Positions 11,157-17,913 of a DNA stretch of 17,913 bases are shown in pieces. Origin of the DNA: Octopus sinensis (taxonomy: Eukaryota); the NCBI RefSeq assembly GCF_006345805.1, contig NW_021824631.1, positions 1 through 17,913 on the forward strand, read 5' to 3'. The notes beneath the pieces were generated by a model. The model made no database searches and was not told the DNA's origin. It saw only the letters and a list, made by a program, of their open reading frames with translations. The translations under genes and the position numbers were made by a program. Position 1 is the stretch's first letter. Each line of letters begins with the position of its first letter.

Positions 11157-11191
<35 letters not shown>

Positions 11192-11210
11192 CAAAAATGA
11201 CTACAACAAC

Positions 11211-11406
11211 AAGAAAATTCTAACTGGGCCCCACCTGCAAGGTCATGTGCTGTTTATCTTGATATGAAATCACCATGTCGCGCACATATGGTTGTGATGC
11301 ATGTGCCTAGTGTACCCTTATCAGACGGGTAGTCATGATGGGTATACTGGGCTTCGTATATTTTTACCCCAGTGTCACTTTGATGACATGCACTGCTCTC
11401 TCACTC
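11211..11406. mobile_element. Truncated copy (right 196 bp) of the AAT-flanked element, with (AAT)n at 11148-11190 and 11407-11447
   Basis: Aligns to 4228-4422 with about 17 differences. Confidence 0.92.
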
Positions 11407-11444
<38 letters not shown>

Positions 11445-11491
11445 TAAATAAACAACTAAAAATACCCTTGCTTCCTGATGTCGCATTTCCA

Positions 11492-11865
11492 GAGGCCAGG
11501 TTTGACTGTGTGGTTAAGAAAAACGTTTTGAGACCACGAGGTTTCAAAGTCAATCCCACTGCGCGGCTTGTTGGGCAAGTCTCTCATACTAATTCCTGGG
11601 GCCGAACAATGCTTTGTGAGTTAATCTGGTAGACGAGATGCATATATTTCAATGTATGTGTTTGTGTTTAATTCACCGATCCACCGCTTGACAACCGGTG
11701 CTAGTTTGTTTACGTTCCTGTAAGTTTGTGGTTCAGCCAAACAGACCGATGTATAGCAAGTGTCAGACTTTAAAAATAAATGCTGGGGCCGATTTACTTG
11801 ACTTGAACCCTTTCAGATGATATCCCAGCCTGGCTGCAGTCCAGTGATTGATACAAGTAAAAGCA
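11492..11865 (+). mobile_element. tRNA-type SINE, near full length and diverged
   Basis: Decayed tRNA-like head (GACTGTGTGGTTAAG..GGTTTCAAAGTCAATCCC), CORE-like TTGGGCAAGT, a central (GT)-rich spacer, CCACCGCTTGACAACCGGTG, and the tail CCCAGCCTGGCTGCAGTCCAGTGATTGATACAAGTAAAAG. Confidence 0.8.
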
Positions 11866-12061
11866 TAAGAAACGTGTTTACGATTTCCTTCCTGAGGAAA
11901 ATTTGCTGAAAACGTTGCACTCGAATAAAGGTCGTGATAAGCAGAATAATATAAAATAGTTTGTATCTATGTAAGGAACTCTCTGTATCGTTGTGAGGAA
12001 TTCCAGAATTGTTAAAACATCGGGGTGAAATCTTTAAGATACTTCTTTCGATTGTTTTAGT

Positions 12062-12372
12062 GGAGGCACAATGGCCCATTGGTTAGGGCAGCGGACTTGC
12101 GGTCGGAGGATCGCGGTTTCGATTCCCAGACCGGGCTTTGTGTGTATTTATTGAGCGAAAACACCTAAAAAGCTCCTCCACGAGGCTCCGGCAGGGGGGT
12201 GGCGGTGACCCCTGTTGTACTCTTTCGCCACAACTTTCTTTCGCCCTCTCTTCCTGTTTCTTGAGTAACACTGCGATGGACTGGCGTCCCGTCCAGCTGG
12301 GGGGGGGGACACACATACGCCACAGAAACCGGGAAACCGGGCCCATGAGCCTGGCTACGCTTGAAAAGGGCG
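12062..12372 (+). mobile_element. tRNA-derived SINE of a second family, well preserved
   Basis: Pol III A box TGGCCCATTGG (12072-12082), B box GTTTCGATTCC (12116-12126), a GC-rich body and an internal CTGCGATGGACTGGCGTCCCGTCCAG motif (12271-12296). Confidence 0.85.
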
Positions 12373-12374
12373 AC

Positions 12375-12470
12375 GGTTATCGTTTATCGCTTTCGATTGT
12401 TTACTGCCGGTATTAAAATCATCCCAAGGTCAATGTTGCTTTTAATTCTTGAAGGGTCGTTAAAATAAGT
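12375..12470 (+). mobile_element. SINE fragment truncated at the mariner junction
   Basis: AAGGTCAATGTTGCTTTTAATTCTTGAAGGGTCGTTAAAATAAGT resembles the same core as at 7040-7140 and 15460-15650. Confidence 0.5.
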
Positions 12471-13006
12471 GGGTGGGCTGAAAAGTTCATAGGACGACTA
12501 TAAAGGAATGACGCTAGAGCTGTGAAATGTTGCATGCCTTAAATTCGTCCCTTCTTATTAATTACTACATTATTTCTGTCCAGGTAAACTGACATCTGAT
12601 TCTTCAAAGAAGACTTCAAATGCAACTAGGCTGCGACATCTCTTGAAAATAAACAAAATTTAACATCGCGATGTTGGAACTTGCAGAAAAAGGATTTAGC
12701 CCCCAAGGGCATTCGTGCTGACATGGTTTCTATTATCAACACTGCAAAAGTGGGCAGTTGAATTTAGGAGGGTAAGAGTGTGTCATAAAGATGACCCAAG
12801 GTCTAGACGTCCTGTAACTGCCACTACCGAGGAAAACAATGATCGTGTTCACCACATGGTGATGTATGACAGGTGGTTGACTATAAATCAAATAGCTAAT
12901 GGTATTAGCATGTCGCGTGAGAGAGATGAGAATATTCTGCACAATGAATTCGGCATGTCGAAGGTTCCTGCTCGGTGGGTGACACGGCTTCTGACACATG
13001 ATCAAA
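12471..13006 (+). mobile_element. Mariner transposon, 5' part (TIR plus decayed transposase N-terminus)
   Basis: TIR-like GGGTGGGCTGAAAAGTTCATAGG. Translation gives LQKKDLAPKGIRADMV / STLQKWAVEFRR...DDPRSRRPVTATTEEN...LTINQIA...ILHNEFGMSKVPARWVTRLLT, i.e. HTH-RP motif-WVPxxL of mariner transposases. The DD34D domain is absent. Confidence 0.92.
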
Positions 13007-13037
13007 ATTTTCTATTTCAAAATCTTCTCTCTGTAAA

Positions 13038-13044
13038 CACACAC

Positions 13045-13106
<62 letters not shown>

Positions 13107-13158
13107 TCCGGAAGTAACTGTAGGTGACAGCAGCAACAGTTCCCAGTCAAAGTTTCCC
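13038..13158. repeat. (CT)n plus 58-bp unit, copy 1
   Basis: 13101-13158 aligns without gaps to 13992-14049 (50/58 identical). Confidence 0.9.
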
Positions 13159-13934
13159 TCATGTGTGTTAAACGCCGGCCTAATTCTAAATGATGCACAC
13201 AAAACGAGATGAACTATATTGCCATGACGAGATGAACTATATAGCTAACTGTTCTCAAGTCATCCCGACATCATAATCAACAAGGAAATATGTCCAGAGA
13301 TCCCACATTCACACACGAATAAAAAGAAGGAGTCAGAAGGACTTGTGTGTAGTTTGTAGAGAAAACGTTAGATGTCTACATGAAAGAACTATGAAAAAAA
13401 GCGAATAAGTACTGGAAAAAACAAAAAAGAGAAGCAAATAACAGAAAATCCTTCTAAAACTCTCAGAATGAAAACCTAAACACACAAGAAATTTTCCCTC
13501 TCCCTGTCAGTAAATCTCTTCTTCGTCTCTCTTCCACTGTTAAAAGTAACGAACATAGAAAATATTGATCATATTTAGGTATAATTTTATTTTTAAATGA
13601 TTCCAAGGCTTTCATTTCCCTGCTTCTATTTCTTCACTACTTTTCTCAACTTTTAAGAAACTAAGAGAAAGAAGAAAAGAAAATTTATCGTATATAATTC
13701 CTTAAGCTTTTTATTTTTAATAATGAATATAAACCGATGAATTTCATGATCTCAGAAGAGCCCATAATAAGGACGAAATGGCGCTATCTACAACTACTAG
13801 GATACGAAAACAAAAAACAGGAAATGGAGATATTATTTGATATGCTTTCTCATAAGAAAAAGTAAACACCTCTCACAATAATAATGAAACAAATTTATAA
13901 ACAGTTCTCCTCCCCCCCCCTTGAAAGGGAATCT

Positions 13935-13963
13935 TCCTCTCTCTCTCTTTCCCTTTCTCTCCT

Positions 13964-13994
<31 letters not shown>

Positions 13995-14049
13995 TACTTC
14001 GGAAGCAACTGTAAGTGATAGCAGCAAAAATTCCCAGGGAAAGTTTCCC
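13935..14049. repeat. (CT)n plus 58-bp unit, copy 2
   Basis: See copy 1. Confidence 0.9.
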
Positions 14050-14234
14050 ATATCTAAGAGGAGAATTTTCTCCAAGGACTATCTCCGTAGCAGAAGGTCC
14101 TCTCACGTTCGCCTGCACTTGAACATGATTAATATAAGTTTACATGATTATATTACATTCAACGCTGCTTTGTGCGATTTTAATAATCTTATACACAAGA
14201 TCAGTGTCGCAAATTTGGTATGGGTATATTCTTG

Positions 14235-14400
14235 TGTATTTTTATCAATTTCGGTAATTTGATTGCGGCCATATTGGTGCACTGCCTTTAAGAAATATTT
14301 TACCATTTATATGGACATCATTACTTAGTCTAGTAAATACTTCATCAATTTCTAGTGATTGAATGGCTACTTTCACCTATCGAGTTAGGTCGAATTAGAG
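14235..14400 (-). mobile_element. Highly diverged SINE 3' half
   Basis: The minus strand contains TTAAAGGCAGTGCACCAATATGGCCGCAATCAAATTACCGAAA, the shared SINE tail seen at ~10240-10290. Confidence 0.55.
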
Positions 14401-14495
14401 AATTACGTCCTTTTGAGTAAATACTATACACTGCTTACAACAATGCTAGCGGTAAACACGAGCGCATGCGGGCGCACATACATATACACACAAAG

Positions 14496-14498
<3 letters not shown>

Positions 14499-14558
<60 letters not shown>

Positions 14559-14570
14559 TACATACACACA
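14499..14570. repeat. (CT)n(CA)n microsatellite
   Basis: Read directly from the sequence. Confidence 0.95.
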
Positions 14571-15373
14571 AGCATAATTACACACAGAAAGTGAATCACT
14601 TAAGAAAATCAATTTTCATTCAGTCCTCGTTGTGGAGCCGTGCCGGATTTTCTGTTTCGCCGATCTGACAGAGGTGATGATACCACGACAGATGTCATAC
14701 GAAACGTTATTAATAACCTTTACAACACACCTTTGTTTATTCACAAGAAACATATGAGGAAGACGGAAGCACTCTCCCCTATTACATTTATGATAATACG
14801 AAAACGCACATTCTTAAAAACTAAAATCTAGCACTACACACTAACCTCCTAAACTCCGCACTTCGCCCCCTCCACGGGACTCTTTCTTGAAGCGTAACCA
14901 TAAAGGGCGTATATTTCCCTTTTCCTTCTTCACGCTGGGGCACCATATTCTCAACTGTGAAAAGCAAGTTATCTGTTAACATTTTTATTCAAAGACAGAT
15001 TTCGAGAGAGAATTCTTTATAGGTTAGCATGTGGCGTTAGATTCAGTTTATAAAAATTTTTACGCTCTTGCACTATTGTAGTTGAGGGCTGAGTATGGGG
15101 CAGAGCGATTCTAACGAATAAACAAAAGATGTATCTTAATGATTTCAAGGTGGTAGTAAACGCAAGGAAAAAATGGGATAGGGGCTTATCAAAATGATTG
15201 AAGCTGCAGCAGTCACCGATATATTGGGAGTGAGTCACTATGTCTTCTGCGCCTAACAGAGCGAACTTATTTGGTGGGTCACGGTTTCATTTAAATACTC
15301 GCTCATACTTACGTCAGAATTAAACGGAAGTATAAGACCATCAGTGACCGGAATAATGGGAAGTGTATATGTG

Positions 15374-15375
15374 CC

Positions 15376-15442
<67 letters not shown>

Positions 15443-15450
15443 TTGGCTGT
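15374..15450. repeat. (GTCT)n followed by (GGCT)n
   Basis: Read directly from the sequence. Confidence 0.95.
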
Positions 15451-15459
15451 TTATCAATA

Positions 15460-15650
15460 TAGCTTGCTGATCAAATTGCATTTAAATATTTTACCATTTC
15501 TCATGACGTTCTGAGTTCAAACTAACTAGAGATCAAATTTGCCTTGCATCCTTCCAAAGTCTATTCAATGTTGTACTAGTCAACTGCTGGGGGGTCAATA
15601 AGATCGGCTGTTCCAAATCTCAGATGTGTAACCTTGTGCCTAGATTGACG
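15460..15650 (+). mobile_element. Diverged SINE
   Basis: ACGTTCTGAGTTCAAA (B-box-like)..TTTGCCTTGCATCCTT..GTACTAGT..GGGGGTCAAT..CCTTGTGCCTAG, in the order expected for this family. Confidence 0.7.
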
Positions 15651-15926
15651 ACAAAAGCTACGTAGTCGATAAACGCCTAATATATGACACGTCCTTACAC
15701 ACACAGAATCTTCTTTCCATCACAGATACACGCCTTCACACACGCACACACACGCTTACATTGACAAATATGTTGACAGAAGTATCGGATTTGACAAATA
15801 ATTGGTAGGAGGTGGTAAGAAGCTGTATACTTACATAGCTATATACAAATGTGTGCGTGGGAGAAGGGTTACGTGTGAATTTATTTGTGCATACATATAT
15901 GCATGCTCATATAGAAATATATAATG

Positions 15927-16327
15927 CTAGCAGTATAGCCCAGCGTTGCTCGGGCTTATTTTCTTTTCGACCCTTTAGAATTGGAATTTTTGAAAAGTAA
16001 AACTTTTGCATTATGTAGCTTGTTATTCTCTTTAAGTGAACATTTTTCTGGTTGAAATACACCGAAAAATGGCGACACAGCAGTAAACAAAAATCGTAAA
16101 AAAATAGGGATTTTCATAGAAAAAAAGCACCTTTTTGATGTAAATAATTTTTGGTGTTAACATGGTTCGATTTGAATTTTTTCTTCTACGGAAGGAAGAG
16201 CAAGCCTTCTTCTATCATACTCTCAATTTTGGTCAACTTGCGCCGCAGGGTCTCGGAGGAGATAGTGTTAGTTGAAGGCTACCAAACCTGCCATATACAG
16301 ACAACTTCAGCTTTATATATTGAGAGA
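15927..16327 (-). mobile_element. Non-autonomous Helitron (401 bp, both ends present)
   Basis: The minus strand starts A|TC (TCTCTCAATATATAAAGC.., 16327) and ends CTAG (15930-15927). A subterminal hairpin CCCGAGC-AAC-GCTGGG (15939-15954) lies 8 nt before the CTAG. There are no TIRs or TSD. The 3' flank is C rather than the canonical T. Confidence 0.85.
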
Positions 16328-16835
16328 TTTGATATTAAAAAATGACTGTTTATCCATGGTAGCAAAAGAATACTTCCAAAATCAACCGCCATATGACTAG
16401 CAACACTCTAATATCCAATACAAGAGTAGAAAACATTTTTGCATTTATCTAAACAAATGTATCGAAGCAAATACCAAAATGCTGCATACGAGCGCGAATC
16501 AATATGGAACTATCCACCCGGGTAATTATTTATTCATTCTTAGTTCCATCCTTAGTGCGTGACACGAAATATAACAAAAGATTAGAATGTATCTGCACAT
16601 ACACAGAAATACACACAAACACGCGCTCATACACACAGACGCACAACACAACGATACAACGATATATATATATATATATATATGTTACTTCGTTTTTGTA
16701 TCTGGAATATATACGATAGAATAGCATATGTTAATACTGTGTAATATTCTTTCATATAAGAAAAAGGTTACACAAACTAAAAGTACGTGCATGAAATGAC
16801 ACGTGATTTTTATTTATATATTTATCTTCATTTAC

Positions 16836-16881
16836 CTTGTCAATTCCAAAGCCACCAAGGTGCGTGTTGTTATTTGTCTTT
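16836..16881 (-). other. Candidate spliced exon (46 nt) of an unidentified gene
   Basis: Branch-like ACTAAT, then CCTTGTTTTGCTGACCACAG|AAAGAC...GACAAG|GTAAAT. Two frames are open (KTNNNTHLGGFGIDK; RQITTRTLVALELT). Confidence 0.4.
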
Positions 16882-17310
16882 CTGTGGTCAGCAAAACAAG
16901 GATTAGTTGTACTCTTGAACACACGAGATCGACTATACATTTATCTTTCATGAAAATTAACATATCCCATGAGAATATGCGTATGTATACACACAAGCGC
17001 ACGCCTATGCATGAACGTATTTGGCGACCAAGACCTCTACGTGTTACAAATAGTGAATCAATATTAGAATTACGAATTGAGGGAATTTGTCTGTTACTTC
17101 TAGCAGATTGAAATGTCGTATAAACTCGCACAAGATGTACTCAATATCTATCACTCTGTAATTATATATTATTGGTGTTAAACATGTGTATACGATTATA
17201 CGACCATTATATCGTATACATACACAAACCTCCTCATACACGCACATACGGGTGTATGTAAGCAAGATGCATATGCGCTTCATTTAAGAGCTGTACATTG
17301 TCCGTAAGCA

Positions 17311-17560
17311 CATTGGTCTGATCAATAAGTATCCGGACTGTAGCCATAGTTACGTGGCTAAAGTACAAACCGTAAAACCGCTTGGCACAGATTGACCTTG
17401 AACGCTTCTAGCTCACTTCCCCTGTTTACATCAATGCTTGGAAGGAAGGTGTGTAGAGTGTGATCGTCGCATTGAACATGACAGAATAAGTTGAACAGAA
17501 AATCTGCATCAAATTTTGCCAAAAGCTTGACGATACCTGCTCAGAAGTCTATGCAAAGTT
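17311..17560 (+). mobile_element. Mariner 5' end (TIR, 5' UTR, first ~27 transposase codons)
   Basis: TIR-like GGTCTGATCAATAAGTATCCGGACT. The ATG at 17478 gives MTE*VEQKICIKFCQKLDDTCSEVYAK, matching the mariner EQRxCIKFC N-terminus. Confidence 0.8.
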
Positions 17561-17890
17561 TTCATAGAGTTTTCATCGTTCTCGACACAATCAAGGGGAT
17601 TTTATGCAATTGAAACCCGTGTGTCATTTTGGTCAGCTGAAAGCAGTTTCGGCTCAAACTTGGCAGACACGTGTCTCGTACACAAATCTTCAGTAATAAA
17701 GGACTTAACTGAACCGTAACTAATCTACACATCCTCTGATAACTCACGGATGGTGATTCGACGATTTCTCCTCACAGCTGCACATCTGCGATGTTTTTCT
17801 CAGTTCTGCTGGTTGTGGGTCTTCAAGAATGTTCATCAATATCGACATTTTTTCAGCCAACTTGGAAACGTCTGAACCAATTGTATTCTG
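17556..17890 (-). mobile_element. Mariner transposase segment in inverted orientation
   Basis: The minus strand reads YNWFRRFQVG*KNVDIDEHS*RPTTSRTEKNIADV..RRITIRELSEDV*ISYGSVKSFITEDLCTRHVSAKFEPKLLSADQ..DCVENDEN, i.e. second HTH plus a WVP(K/R)LL-equivalent motif. Confidence 0.88.
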
Positions 17891-17913
17891 TTGCTTCTAA
17901 TATTAGGTATGGG

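Noticed and set aside
11890-11925. CTGAGGA...GAAAACGTTG as a second hammerhead
   Set aside because: The cleavage triplet would end in G, which violates NUH, and helix II is not convincing.
12062-12135. Functional tRNA gene
   Set aside because: It has A and B boxes but no proper acceptor stem or oligo-T terminator, and it continues into a SINE body.
14625-14831. PRCGAVPD resembling the MMP cysteine switch PRCGxPD
   Set aside because: The spacing is off by one residue and there is no other MMP-like sequence; likely chance.
16844-16866. 8-nt + strand microexon (CCAAAG|CCACCAAG|GTGCGT)
   Set aside because: It overlaps the better-supported minus-strand exon candidate and has no independent support.

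Overview
This is eukaryotic, AT-rich, microsatellite-saturated genomic DNA. The SINE and repeat families resemble those I recall from Octopus/coleoid cephalopods; that assignment is recognition, not a database result. No intact gene can be demonstrated, and nearly all ORFs in the supplied track are read-throughs of (TA)n, (TACA)n, (AAT)n and (GA)n repeats. The interpretable content is transposon debris: (i) a Tx1/L1-clade LINE on the minus strand whose ORF1 zinc knuckle is joined almost directly to the C-terminal part of ORF2; (ii) a ~540-bp (AAT)n-flanked element with two partial copies; (iii) the 3' end of an R4/Dong-like RLE LINE; (iv) three mariner remnants, one with an internal inversion; (v) a TA-flanked Tc1/mariner-type MITE inside a SINE; (vi) a complete 401-bp non-autonomous Helitron; (vii) several tRNA-type SINE copies. 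The leads worth checking are a minimal hammerhead-ribozyme-like motif (9661-9706), a duplicated 58-bp unit ending in a GTAAGA donor-like site next to (GA)n, and a few minus-strand exon candidates suggesting the window lies within the introns of an unidentified gene. I found no evidence for a new multi-gene system.
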